A stretch of DNA of 64,000 nucleotides from an uncultured Chloroflexia bacterium (GCA_963751345.1 CAVVUS010000034.1:1-64000), one strand, 5' to 3'. Shown: positions 10,743 to 22,325, numbered from the stretch's first letter. The notes: generated by a model not told the origin, from the letters alone. Translations and numbers: made by a program.

Positions 10743-11906
10743 TTAGTCCCGAGCAGCCAGAAGCCGGGTACCGATCAGACCCAGGACAAGACAGACCGCG
10801 CCGGTGATGGCGAACATCGGCTGGATGCCGATCCCATCCGCCAAGACACCACTAAGCCAGGGCCCGCCGAACATACCGATACCATAGACCGCCTGGAAGA
10901 GCCCCATCGCGGTCGCCCGCTGGCTTTCGTCTACATACCTGATGCTCAGCCCCATCATCACCGGATAGCCTACGCCGCTCGCCAGCCCCATAAAGATTTG
11001 GCCGGCAAAGACCATTGGCATTCCCTTGGCGAGCGCCAGTGCCCCTAACCCCAGCGCAACAAAGACGAAACTCACCGCCACCATCAGACGTGACCCGAAT
11101 CGCTTGGCGAGTGTCGACATTGCCAGATTCCCAACGAAGACCAACGCCAGGTTCATGCTGGTCATCAAGCTCAACATAACGTCACTGGCCCCGAGATTCT
11201 TGGCCAGGTTGGTCGAGAAGCCGAAGGTCGAGGCCCAGATGGCATACTGGGCGACGATGCCCAGCAGGGAGGGAAGCAGCACGTCGCGCCGGGTGATGAG
11301 CGTGCCGATCTGGCGCAGTGAGGGAGCCTTCATCTCACGGCGTGGCTCTCGAACCAGGAGCATCGAGATCATCGCCAGGACCGCCATGCCGGCTGCGACG
11401 TAGAACGACAAGGAGTAGCCCCCCAGGTCATTGAGCGAACCGGTCACAGCCGTGGCGATGATGCGCGCAACAGCGTTGATAGCGGAAAGAATGGCCGAGG
11501 CCCGCACGGCATCTTCCGGCGGGAAGAGGGCACTGAAGGCCACAACCAGCAGGACCCACGAACCGGCGGCGAAGCCGGTGAGCGCTCGCCCGATGAGCAG
11601 TCCGGGGATACCGTGAGCCATCCCCATCGTCAGCGCGCCCAAACCCGCGAGACCGAATCCCGCGACCATAAAGGGCCTGCGCCGGCCAACCCAGTCGGCC
11701 GCGATGCCCAACGGCAGCCGCACGATCGCCTGCCAAAGACCGTACATCGAGAGCACGACCCCGACGGCAGCCAACGAGTTGGCCTTGGACTCGACGTAGA
11801 CCGAGAGGGTGGGAACGTAAAGATACAATGCAGCCCAATAAAAGCAGACGGCGGCAATATAGAGGACAAAGAGGCGACGATTGGACGACGGTGCAACAGA
11901 TGACAT
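10743..11906 (-). CDS. MFS transporter
   Basis: About 12 hydrophobic segments; GIAADWVGRR MFS motif A; start MSSVAP after GAGGAG. Confidence 0.85.
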   Translation of the reverse strand: MSSVAPSSNRRLFVLYIAAVCFYWAALYLYVPTLSVYVESKANSLAAVGVVLSMYGLWQAIVRLPLGIAADWVGRRRPFMVAGFGLAGLGALTMGMAHGIPGLLIGRALTGFAAGSWVLLVVAFSALFPPEDAVRASAILSAINAVARIIATAVTGSLNDLGGYSLSFYVAAGMAVLAMISMLLVREPRREMKAPSLRQIGTLITRRDVLLPSLLGIVAQYAIWASTFGFSTNLAKNLGASDVMLSLMTSMNLALVFVGNLAMSTLAKRFGSRLMVAVSFVFVALGLGALALAKGMPMVFAGQIFMGLASGVGYPVMMGLSIRYVDESQRATAMGLFQAVYGIGMFGGPWLSGVLADGIGIQPMFAITGAVCLVLGLIGTRLLAARD

Positions 11907-11983
11907 CAAGTAACTCCTCGAGATAAGCTGTTGTTGACCAGCGACGAGTGGCGGGGAGATGATCTCCTGTGAATCGCCACCTG

Positions 11984-13213
11984 TCACTGCATTATATCCG
12001 ATGTGCGAAATGGCATTCCCTTCGTGCGAAGCACCTGTTGGATTTTCGCTGCGCGGATTTCGTGCGGCGGCGTGTCTTGACGGACCGCCAGGGTCGCGGC
12101 AATCCCGGCAACCTGGCCGGTCAAAGCTGCCGGCGGGATGACACGCGAGATCTCCCAGGCCTCACCCTCCGCGGAGATGCAACGTCCTGCGACGAGTAGG
12201 CCCTCCACGCCACGGGGCACAAGCGCGCCATAAGGCAGCTCCCGGACCGGGCCGGGCCGGCGCCAGTCAGGCACGAGACCGACAGACCCCAGTATGTAAG
12301 CGCTCGACTCTCCGATTGACATCGTCTCCAGCCCCTGAATACGGCGCGTGGTGCGGAATTGAGCCATCGCGGGGAGCGCCGTCGGAAAGAGTTGATGACG
12401 CCCCTCGGGTCCAAGGCCGGCCTGCCGCGCTTGATAGGACTCGCGAAGCAGACGCCGCCCCTCCAGGACGAAACGCGTGACCTGCGCACCATCTGTGCCC
12501 GAATACTTGGGCTGACCCTCGGGGTGGTTTCGACCGTCGGCGTCGCCGCCCACGCGAACCATCTCGAGCAGCGACAGACCGTCGGGGTCTGCCGACGCTT
12601 TCCGAGCACGAGCCAACGAGGCCTCCACCGCCCACAACGAGAGCCAGTTGTCGGATTCCACGCATGGCGCCCCAGCACGAGAGGCTACGTCGGCGTCTCC
12701 CGTGGCATCAACGACGACGGAGGCGTGCAGGAATCCGCGCCCCTCCTTGTTCTCAACCTCGATGCCCACCACGCGAGACAGCGCCACATCCGATTGAGAC
12801 GCCATGACCGGCCTGCAGACCAACGTATCAAGCCACAGCGTCACCCCGGCGTCCACCAACGCCTCGTCCAACGCAAGCACGAGGGCCGCAGGTGAGAAAG
12901 GCGTCATATAGCGAGGTCCGGGTACAGGGCTTTCACGATTTGGCCGGGCCCACGCCTCGGGAATACGACCGGGGCCATAGGCGATGCTCAGGCGCAGAAG
13001 CTCCTCGGCGATGCCATAGATCGCTTGATGACCATAGCCATCGCAGAGCGGAAGGTAGATGTTGATCAGGCCCGCCGTCGCCAGGCCCCCGAGCAGCACG
13101 GTCTTCTCCACCAGCGCAGTTTGAAGCCCCGCGCGGGCGCACTCCAGCGCCGCGGCCACGCCCGCGACGCCGGCCCCGGCAACGATCACGTCATAGCTCT
13201 TCTCAAAGTCCAT
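11984..13213 (-). CDS. FAD-dependent oxidoreductase (FAD_oxidored family)
   Basis: YDVIVAGAGVAGVAAA, LGGLAT, VDATGDAD, LPYGALVP...LLVAGRCIS. Confidence 0.85.
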   Translation of the reverse strand: MDFEKSYDVIVAGAGVAGVAAALECARAGLQTALVEKTVLLGGLATAGLINIYLPLCDGYGHQAIYGIAEELLRLSIAYGPGRIPEAWARPNRESPVPGPRYMTPFSPAALVLALDEALVDAGVTLWLDTLVCRPVMASQSDVALSRVVGIEVENKEGRGFLHASVVVDATGDADVASRAGAPCVESDNWLSLWAVEASLARARKASADPDGLSLLEMVRVGGDADGRNHPEGQPKYSGTDGAQVTRFVLEGRRLLRESYQARQAGLGPEGRHQLFPTALPAMAQFRTTRRIQGLETMSIGESSAYILGSVGLVPDWRRPGPVRELPYGALVPRGVEGLLVAGRCISAEGEAWEISRVIPPAALTGQVAGIAATLAVRQDTPPHEIRAAKIQQVLRTKGMPFRTSDIMQ

Positions 13214-13337
13214 CCGGCACCCCCAACGCCGTCGCACGGCTGCAATCACAGGTCGAGTGAGGCATTTGCTGAGTATACTCGCATCTTTGGCGGGGCGAAA
13301 CGGCGAGGCATCAGTAACGACGGTCGGGGCACACAAA

Positions 13338-13374
13338 GACATGGGCGGATCTCATGATGAGACCCGCCCATGTC
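13338..13374. terminator. Hairpin downstream of the multicopper oxidase (terminator / REP-like)
   Basis: GACATGGGCGGATCTCA-tga-TGAGACCCGCCCATGTC, near-perfect inverted repeat. Confidence 0.55.
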
Positions 13375-13400
13375 GATCTGAGCAGACGAGTGCTCGTTAG

Positions 13401-15480
13401 CTATGCTCCCGGGCCGACGTGGAGCACGCGCATCATCTCGTGGTCCTCGTGCGAGAGGATGTGGCAGTGCCACACGTAGCGTCCCGGCTTGTCGAAGTGT
13501 GCCTTGATGATCGTGATCTGTCCCGGCAGAGCCGTGACCATATCCTTACGTGTGTTCTCGACGAACTCGTCCGGCTTTGCGACAGCCGGACCGTAGGTCA
13601 GATTCGCGAACTTGAACCCGTGCCCCATCGCCCCATTGTGCTGGACGACCGGCTGGGTGACTAGGTACGTTCCGTCTCCGTTCGGAGCCGGTGCCGTAAT
13701 CCCATCAGGATCGAGCACACGGTCATCCTCGTCAGTCGCCGAATCCCAGGCGATCTCTTGTCGACCCAACACCTCGAAGTGAACGAGATGCAGGTGTACG
13801 GGGTGGGCGTCGCCTGTGGCATTCCAGATCTCCCATTCTTCGGTATCGCCGAGGGCCGGGTTCTCGGTCGTCGGGCTGTGCCAGGCGATCGAGCCCTCCA
13901 TCTGGCCGACTAGACCTGCATTAATGTACGCAGGTGTATTCGGCCAGTTGATCGGATTGCCAGCGTAGTCAGTGGCAGGTTCGGCTGTACCAAGCAACGG
14001 CTGCAGACGGCCGAACTCGTCCCTACCCTCGAACAGAGCAACCTTGCGTAGGCGAGTCGGTGTTCCGACCGTAGGTCCGAAGTTGATTCCGGTAGGACTC
14101 ACGTCCGGCACACCCGCATCCAGCGGAAGGATCACATCGAACGCCATGACCCGATCCGTCTCATCAAAGATTTGCGGTCCGGGGATATCGCCGCCAAAGG
14201 GCTCATCGCCGCCGATGTTCTTCATGATCACGCGGTTGCCCGGGGTGACATTCTTGAAGTCCACGATGATGTCGTAGCGCGAACCCGGCTCGCTGAGCAG
14301 CGTGTCGAGCGTCGTCGGACTGGCGGCCAGGCCCTGGTCGCTCCCGATGACGGTGAAGTCAAGCTGCTGGATCGCACCCGAGAAGTCGGTCGCACCTGCC
14401 GGAACCTCAAAGAGCTGAAGCGCCATGAAGCGGCTGTCGGTGCCGTTGAGTAGGTGAAGGCGGTAGTTGCGCGGCTCCACGTCTTCCTTGGGCCAAATCA
14501 CGCCGTTGACCACCATGTGGTCGCCGAAGAACTCGGCCAGCGCGGTGGGACCTCCGCCGGGGAAGAGATCTGGCGGCAGGTCAGCATCCTCTTCATCAAT
14601 GAAGCCCTCATAGTACGGGTCGCCCGGGAAGGCCGGGTAGAAGAGCTCGCCTGTCTCCAGGAACATCCGGTCCTGGATGGCGTAAGCCTTCTCATAAGGC
14701 CAAGCGGGCAGGCCGAGAGGGTTACCAGGTAAGCCGGTATCGTTGGCATCGCGGATGAAGTAGAAGCCGGCCAAGCCGGCGTAGACGTTGAGCCGCGTGA
14801 TGCCGAGGGCGTGGTCGTGGTACCAGAGATTGCCCGCCGGCTGGCTGTTGTCGTAGACATACTTCTTGTCCACCCACTGCGGGCCGCGGATCGTATAGCC
14901 CGGGCTGAAAAAGAACTCCGGGTTCCCATCGAACTGGAAGTCGGTGTGCCCGCCATGCAGATGCGAGACGATGGGGACGCCATCCTTCTCAATGGTGTAC
15001 TGCTCATAGCCGGGAAGGCTGTACGCCCAGTGAAGCGTAGTGTCCACAGGAAGCAGATGATCGACCTTCAGATCGTTCTCCCACTTGACCTCGAGCGGCT
15101 CACCACTCTTCACCTCAAAGGTCCTACCGGGCCAGGTATAACCCATTGACGAGTCACCATAGCCCCACACGGGAGTCGGCACCGGTTCCGCCAGGCCCCA
15201 CAAGACCCGTGTACTGCACCGATGGCCCTGCGGCGACCTTGATCTTGCCCTTCTTAGGCACAAACTTGAATCCGGGTGCCATCGCATCGGGCACCAGGTT
15301 AACGAACTTCGGCTGCAACGCCGGATCGCTCAGAATCAGGTCCCGCCCTGCCGGGAGAGCCTCCGCCTCGGCCTGCAGCGCCCCGCCAAGCTGCCCTCCC
15401 AGTCCATCCGCCTTAACACGAATCACAAATCCCGCGCCCGCCGCCAAACTGAGCTTCAAGAACTGCCGCCTACTAAGCAT
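13401..15480 (-). CDS. Tat-exported multicopper oxidase (CotA/bilirubin oxidase-like; frameshift ~15180)
   Basis: MLSRRQFLK twin-arginine signal; copper motifs HLHG, WYHDH, HPVHLH, HCHILSHEDHEMM. Confidence 0.9.
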
Positions 15481-15735
15481 GTCACCTCTCCTATTCGACC
15501 ATTCGAGTCCACACACTATAACCACCTAAGGGGTCCAAAACCAACGCGGAACTATCTCCGGTTCCCACGCCGCATAGAGATGTCCTGGTTCCACCTCCAA
15601 TCTTGGGAATAGACGCCGCTGTGTTTTGCAATTACACCGTCTTAAGTATTATGTCATACTTCGCATGGGGCATGCATCACACAAGGGGAGTGTCCTAAAG
15701 GGGAGTTTTGTCCTATCCTAACGGATAGGATAGGG

Positions 15736-16392
15736 CTATCCGGGCTGGCGAGAGATCAGGCCGGTCTGCAGTGCCAGAGCCGCAGCCTCTGTGCGGTTTG
15801 ACACGCGCAGCTTGGATAGGATGTTTCGCACGTGAAACTTGGCGGTGGCGACGCTGATGAAAAGTCGATCAGAAATTTCCGCATTGGTTAGCCCTTGTGT
15901 CAAAAGCCTAAGCACCTCGGTCTCACGATCGGTCAAGGCGTAGTCCGTGACCGTGCCTTGGCGTCTCGCCTGCCGGACCAGGATATCCGTAGCCTCCTGG
16001 GCCAGCGTGGCGTGTCCTCTGTAGGCGTCACGGATAGCCCTGGCGAGATCGTCCACCGCAGCATCCTTGAGCACGAAGCCGATCGCTCCCGCCCGTAGGG
16101 CATCAATGACCAGGTCCCTATACTGGTAACTGGTCAAGGCGATGACCTTGGTCTGCGGCCAGCGCTGCACGATCTGCCGCGTGGCTTCGACGCCCCCGAG
16201 GTCCGGCATCATCATATCCATCAGGATGACGTCGGGGTGAACCTGTTCGCAGAGGTGGATGGCCTCTCTCCCATTAGCTGCTTCGCCGACACACTCGATG
16301 CCATCGGCTGCCTTGAGGAAAAGCTCCAATCCCTTCCGCAACATCTCGTGATCATCCACAATGAGAACACGAACCGGAGACTTGCCTACCAC
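15736..16392 (-). CDS. NarL/FixJ-family response regulator (receiver + LuxR HTH)
   Basis: VLIVDDH, ILMDMMMP, LTDRETEVL...GLTNAEI..LFIS..TAKFHV. Confidence 0.92.
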   Translation of the reverse strand: MVGKSPVRVLIVDDHEMLRKGLELFLKAADGIECVGEAANGREAIHLCEQVHPDVILMDMMMPDLGGVEATRQIVQRWPQTKVIALTSYQYRDLVIDALRAGAIGFVLKDAAVDDLARAIRDAYRGHATLAQEATDILVRQARRQGTVTDYALTDRETEVLRLLTQGLTNAEISDRLFISVATAKFHVRNILSKLRVSNRTEAAALALQTGLISRQPG

Positions 16393-16802
16393 GAAGCCCT
16401 CCTAACCCGCCCGGAAATACGGTTGCGCGGGGAGACTGCGGCCGGGTGACGCCCATAGTCCCCGTCAGCTTCCAGTCGTCCAAGAATCGGAAGTTACGAT
16501 CAAGGGGTGTCACCCCTTCTCTTGTATAACGGGATTCCTGGACTGAAGTAACGATGCCCACCACCGAGCCGGTATGCATGACTGTCGCATCCGGTGCAAA
16601 GCCTCTCATCTTCCAGGGGGATTTACGTCTGCCGCGCGATCAGGGTACAATGGACCACGGGGTAGTCAGTCTAGCCAACACGTGGAGGGTGTCAGGGCAT
16701 CGGCACCGCTCGCCGCTGTGGAAAGGTGACCTACATCTGCAGCAGGTCTTCTCTCCAACTCGAGACAGGTTTCATAGACCCACACCCTGCGGGAGGGACG
16801 GA

Positions 16803-17831
16803 ATGAGTACACTGATCATCGGCGGAACCGGCAACATCAGCACCGCGATCGCCCGCATCTTGTTGGCCCGGGGCGAGGACGTGACCCTCTACAATCGCGG
16901 GAGGACCGCGCCCCAGCTACCGGAAGGGTACAGGACGATCATCGGCGATCGCTACGATCACGTGGCCTTCGAGGCACAGATGGCCGAGGCCGAGCCTTTC
17001 GACTGCGTCATCGACATGATCGGCTACGATCCGGAGGACGTTCACAGCCTCGTCCGCGCCTTCGGCGGGCGCACCGAGCAGGTGATCTTCTGCAGCACCG
17101 TCGACGTCTACACCAAGCCGGCCAAAGTCTATCCGATCGTCGAAGGCGCAGAGCGCGCCCCCTCACCTGACTTCCCCTATGCCTATAAGAAGGCGATCTG
17201 CGAGCAGATCCTGGAGAAGGCCCACGAGCGCGGCGACTTCGCTCTCACCATCATCCGCCCTGCCCAGACCTACAACGACAGCCAGACCCCGCTCCCCCTG
17301 ATCGGCAGCGGGGTCCATCTGCTGAAGCGGATCCGCCAGGGCAAGCCCATCATCGTCCTGGGAGACGGCAGCTCTTTCTGGGGGGCTGCCCACCGCGACG
17401 ACGTCGGCCCCACCTTCGTCGCCGCGATAGGGAATCCGCAGACCTACGGTGAGGCCTACCACGTCACCGCGGAGGAGGTCTTCACCTGGGAGCAGCTATA
17501 CGAGACGGTCGCGGACGTCATGGGGGCGCCGCCTATCGACTTCGTTCACATCCCCACCGACCTGCTGGGACGCATGGCCCCCAAGGCCGCGGAGTGGAGC
17601 GTGGTCAACTTCCACTACAATAACATCTTCGACAACAGCGCAGCCAGGGCCGACCTCGATTTCCGCTATACGATCCCGTGGGCGGAAGGGGTCCGGCGGA
17701 TGGTCGATTGGCACGACGCCCGGGGCGAGATCGATAGCTGCCCCGACGACCCGCTCTATAACAAACTGGTCGAAGTCTGGCGGGCGCTGGGTGACAAAGC
17801 TGTCGCCGAGATGGGCCCGCTGGACGCATAA
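16803..17831 (+). CDS. NAD-dependent epimerase/dehydratase family protein
   Basis: LIIGGTGNIS Rossmann motif, FCSTVDVY, YAYKK; ATG 16803 after GGAGGG. Confidence 0.85.
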   Translation: MSTLIIGGTGNISTAIARILLARGEDVTLYNRGRTAPQLPEGYRTIIGDRYDHVAFEAQMAEAEPFDCVIDMIGYDPEDVHSLVRAFGGRTEQVIFCSTVDVYTKPAKVYPIVEGAERAPSPDFPYAYKKAICEQILEKAHERGDFALTIIRPAQTYNDSQTPLPLIGSGVHLLKRIRQGKPIIVLGDGSSFWGAAHRDDVGPTFVAAIGNPQTYGEAYHVTAEEVFTWEQLYETVADVMGAPPIDFVHIPTDLLGRMAPKAAEWSVVNFHYNNIFDNSAARADLDFRYTIPWAEGVRRMVDWHDARGEIDSCPDDPLYNKLVEVWRALGDKAVAEMGPLDA

Positions 17832-17863
17832 CGAAACGACCCGTGGCACGAAGGTTGCCCCGG

Positions 17864-17891
17864 GTAGGGGCGCAGCATGCTGCGCCCCTAC
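17864..17891. repeat. GTAG-type REP palindrome
   Basis: GTAGGGGCGCAGCATGCTGCGCCCCTAC, a perfect 28-bp intergenic palindrome beginning GTAG. Confidence 0.7.
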
Positions 17892-17929
17892 AAGATCGTA
17901 CTAGAGAGAAGATCGATCACGGAGGACCT

Positions 17930-19226
17930 ATGCGGAAACTTGCCGTCAGCGACAACCGACGCTTCCTCGTCTATGAAGATGGAGCTCCCTTCTTCTACCT
18001 CGGTGACACGGCCTGGGAGCTTTTCCACCGGCTGGACCGTGAGGAGACCGAGTTCTATCTGCAGGATCGCGCAGCCAAACGCTTCACCGTGATCCAAGCC
18101 GTGGTCCTCGCGGAGTACGAGGGGCTGACGGCCCCCAACGCCTATGGCCATCTCCCCCTGATCGACAACGACCCCACCCGGCCGAGCGAGGCTTACTTCG
18201 CGCACGTCGACGCGGTCGTCGCCCGTGCGGAAGAGCTTGGCTTGATCGTCGGCATGCTCCCGACGTGGGGCGACAAGTGGAACAGGAAGTGGGGTCTCGG
18301 CCCCGAGATCTTCACGCCCGAGAACGCCAGGGCCTACGGGCGTTGGCTGGGCGCGCGATATGCCGAGAGCCCCATCATCTGGATCCTCGGCGGCGACCGA
18401 CCGATCGAGGCGGAAATCCATCGAGAGATCATCCGCGCGATGGCGCAGGGCTTACGCGATGGCGATGGCGGCACTCACCTGATGAGCTTCCACCCGATGG
18501 GCGGCCATTCCTCCGCCGAGTGGTGGCACGAGGAGGCGTGGCTCGACTTCAACATGCTCCAGTCGGGGCACAGCCGCAACAAGGACAACTACACGATGAT
18601 CGCCGCGGACTACGCCCGCACGCCCGCAAAGCCGTGTATGGACGCCGAGCCTGCCTACGAGGATCATCCCTCGGGTTTCGACCTGGACAACGGATACCTG
18701 GACGACTACGACGTGCGCAAGGGGCTCTACTGGGCGCTCTTCGCGGGGGCGAGTGGCCACACCTACGGCTGTCACGACATCTGGCAGATGTGGGAGGAGG
18801 GGCGGAAGCCGGCGACCTTCACCCGGACGCCGTGGCGGAAAGCCCTGCACCTCGCGGGCTCCCAGCAGGTGCAGTACGCTCGGGCACTGTTGGAGAGCCG
18901 CCCATTCCTCACGCGGATGCCGGATCAGTCGCTGATCGTCTCGGATCCCGGTATCGGGACGCACCACGTCCAGGCGACACGCGACGCGGACGGGAGCTAC
19001 GCGATGCTCTACCTGCCCTCATGCAAGCCGGTCACCGTGGACTTGGGCAAGCTGTCCGGCGCCAGGATCGAGGCCACATGGTACGACCCGCGCACCGGGC
19101 GAGTCCCGCCCCGGCGGTATCGTGCAGGGAGGTGGAGAGCAGGAGTTCATCCCGCCCCAGGTCTGGCCCGACTGGGTGTTGGTGCTGGACGATGCGGAGC
19201 GTGGCTATCCGGCACCCGGGACATAG
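17930..19226 (+). CDS. Glycoside hydrolase family 140 (DUF4038, apiosidase-like) with C-terminal beta domain (frameshift ~19100)
   Basis: PFFYLGDTAWELFHRL, IIWILGGD, SFHP, LDFNMLQSGH, DAEPAYE, GHTYGCHDIWQ; shifted tail PDWVLVLD...PGT* ends at 19226. Confidence 0.85.
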
Positions 19227-19231
19227 CGCGA

Positions 19232-19291
19232 AGACCTTTGAGGTTTCCTGCTTGACAAGATGCCTGCTCGACAAGGAAACCTCAAAGGTCT
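19232..19291. repeat. Intergenic inverted repeat (ACCT...AGGT family)
   Basis: AGACCTTTGAGGTTTCCT ... AGGAAACCTCAAAGGTCT, 18-bp perfect arms. Confidence 0.65.
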
Positions 19292-19312
19292 CAGAGTGAA
19301 GGAGAGACTCAT

Positions 19313-20171
19313 ATGAAACTGGCCCTGAACACCTTTGTGTACGAAGTCGGGCAGCTCTCCGATCGAGGAGACGCTGCACAGCGCCGCCAAGTTCGGCTTC
19401 ACCTACGTCGAGTACGCCGCCTATCACGCAGGCGATCCGACGTTGATGACCGCCGGCAAACGGGAAGATGTGGTGCAGTTTTTCAAGGATCACGGCCTGG
19501 TCTCATCGCAGCTCCTGCTCGCCAACACGGAGGATTTGGCCGCCTCCGACCCGGCAAAGCGTCGCGCCACGCTGGACTATATGAAAGCCTGCGGCGACTT
19601 CCAACTGGAGCTAGGGGGCCGCCAAGTGCTGGTCTGTTGGGGCTGTGGCGTCCACGAGACAAAGATGCTGCCGGAGCAAGCGTGGCTCAACACCGTGTCC
19701 TCGCTGAAGGAATATGCGACGTGGGCGGTAGACAGAGGCATCCTCGTCGATCTGGAACTCGACCCCCACGTCTACTTCGTGGTGAACAACATGGTCAAGA
19801 TGGCGCAGGTGATCGAGGACGTCGGCATGCCCAACGTCTTCCCCAATGTTGACATCGGCCATCTCTGCATCACGCGCGAGGGGCCGGAGCGGCTGGAGAA
19901 GCTACGCGACCGCCTGCTGCATGTCCACCTGAGCGAGACCGACACCTACGAGCACACGAACAGCATCCTGGGCACGGGGAAGGCCGACTTCCGCGCTTAC
20001 GTCGACAAGGTGATCGCGCTGGGGATCGAGGAGAACTGCGCGCGCCTCGGCGAGCCGTGCGTCGCGGGCATCGAGATGGGCGAGCCGGGCGGGGAGGTCG
20101 ATGATCCCGACCGATGGGTGGCGGAGAGCCTCGACTATCTGGCGCGCACGCTGCCCGAGGTGACGCGGTAG
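19313..20171 (+). CDS. Sugar phosphate isomerase/epimerase, xylose-isomerase-like TIM barrel (frameshift ~19355)
   Basis: MKLALNTFVYE start joined to ...DLELDPH, NVDIGH, HVHLSE, LGTGKADF, GIEMG. Confidence 0.8.
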
Positions 20172-20229
20172 CTTTTAGCTTTGACGCGGAGGACACTAAG
20201 AATAACGAGAGGGAGGCTTAGCCGCAGCC

Positions 20230-22192
20230 TTACGGCGCACTGCCCGCACACCGAAAGCCCGTGTGGTTGAGTCGTCCACTTGGGTCCTGACCCTTGCGGA
20301 AGGCTACGCGCGCGTTGTTCCAGCTGTAGCCCCAGCCGCCGCCGCGCACCACACGGTTGGTCCCGGCTTCCGGCCCTGGGGGGTTGTCGTCAGGTGAGGC
20401 GTCATAGTAGCCCTCATCGTACCAGTCGTTGACCCACTCCCACGCGTTTCCCGCCATATCCAGCGCGCCGTAAGGACTGGCACCCGCAGGATAGTCTCCC
20501 ACTTGCGTGGTGTCGCCCACACAGTAGTCTGACGTCGCGCTTGTCATAGCCGTTAGCCAGCACACAACCAGGACTCTCGTCGCCCCACGGGTACGCCCGG
20601 GTATCATTCGCCCCTCGTGCCGCCTTCTCCCATTCCGCCTCCGTCGGCAGCCGTTGTCCGACCCACGTGCAGTAGTCGACTGCGTCGAACCAGGACACAT
20701 AGATCACCGGATAGTCGGCGTAGGCTGGATCGGCGTAGTATGAGGAACGCGTATCGGATTTGGTCGCGAGTGGCAAGGCACATGCGTCCGCCGCCACACA
20801 CTGCGCGTACTGCGCGTTCGTCACCTCATACCGATCGATTGTGTAGGCGTTGACGTAGACCCTATGCAGCGGCAGTTCGGCACTGTTGCATGTGTACCCG
20901 CCGTTGTGCTCCGGATCACAGCCCATATCGAAGTCACCTGCGGGAACATCGACCATGGCCATACCATCGACGTCGCGGATCACGATGCCCCCGGAGGACA
21001 GGGACCCAGATGTTGGCCTAGGATCCTGTGTCGTTGCCGGAGTTACAGTGACCTTGGGTGTCGCCGTTACCATCACGGCGGGCAAAGGCGTCACCGTCGA
21101 GGTCAAACCAGGCGCGAGTGTCCTGGTGTCCTGAATCACCGCGGCCGGCAGATCGGTGGTCGGCGTGGGAGGCAGCGTCGCAGACCCTCTCCTGAGGCTG
21201 TTGGTCCCCACCACCAGCAGGGCTATCGCAGCCACGGAAGCCAGCGCCACTCCCCACACCCGAACGCGACCCGACCGCGATTGATCGCGGCGTGGCAGAC
21301 TCGACATCCGTCGGGTGCCTGTCGACGTCTGCTTCCTAACGGGCGCACTCGTGCTATACACACTTACCGCCGCCCCCAGACCTTTAGCCATAGCCTGAGC
21401 GTCGGGCCACCGATCGTCGATGGCCAGCGTCATTGCACGCGTGATCGTGGCGTCCAATCGCGGACTGATCCTTCGATCCAGCTCACGTGGCGTCTGAAAC
21501 TGCTTGGGGAAAACCATTCGGTCGCTTGCCGTTGGGGGAGCCTGCCCCAGCAGGGCGTGGTACAACGTCGCTCCTAAGCTGTAGAGATCGCTTCGCGGGT
21601 CCGTATGGTGTCCCTGCCCACCCCACTGCTCCGGCGGCGCATACTCCGGCGTCCCTGCGCCGTGCATCACGGTCTTCGTCCGCGGATCCGACGGGTCCCA
21701 CAGTTTGACGAGCCCGAAGTCCACCAGTACGGCCCTGCCCTCAGGCGTGATGATGACGTTCTGGGGCTTGATATCCCGGTGGATCACGCCCTGCGCGTGG
21801 CAGTAGGCCAGTGCATCCAGCAGTTGCTCGGCCCACGTGATGACCTGGGCTTCTGACAGAGCACCCTCACTGCCAATACGTGCCGCTAAGCTCTCTCCCT
21901 CGACGAAGGCCATCACCAGGTAGTCGTTGCCGTGCTCCTCGAAGTAGTCGGTGACCGGCACCAGGTGCGGGTGTGCCAGCTTCCCCAGAATCACAGCTTC
22001 CTGCTGAAACTGGGCGCGGAGCTGCTCTAGCGTGGCTCCGCCGAGGCCCGACTGCGACACCATCTCCTTCAGCGCTACCGACTTCTGCAGGCGCAAGTCC
22101 CAAGCGCGGTAAACGGCACCCATCCCGCCCTCGCCCAGGAGTGCGGCGACGCGATAGCGGTCTTGAAGGATCTGCCCTGTCGCGAGAGGCAT
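20230..22192 (-). CDS. Ser/Thr protein kinase - TM - FGE-sulfatase (SUMF1-like) domain protein (frameshift ~20535)
   Basis: [36 protein letters not shown]; TM segment; Thr/Pro linker; [42 protein letters not shown]. Confidence 0.88.
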
Positions 22193-22290
22193 CACTATCT
22201 TCCTTACGTTGCTACGTTCAGATCCAGGTGATAGTGGTCGGATGAGCGTGGTGGTTGGTGGGCCTGGCATTGGCTTCGCCCTTCCTACAC

Positions 22291-22325
22291 ATTATACTGA
22301 CCGGTAATCCTCAGCACAACTTGCG
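22291..22325 (-). promoter_or_regulatory. Sigma70-type promoter of kinase-FGE copy 1
   Basis: Minus strand cgcaagTTGTGC-17 bp-TATAAT. Confidence 0.55.

Noticed and set aside
16622-16802. Riboswitch in the ~150-nt leader of the epimerase gene
   Set aside because: Only short possible pairings (CCACG/CGTGG, AGGGTGT/ACACCCT); no recognisable aptamer consensus.
16554-16802. N-terminal extensions of track ORFs (also 11907-11987, 13214-13342, 36258-36665)
   Set aside because: Family motifs and/or RBS support the downstream starts; the extensions are open-frame carry-over.
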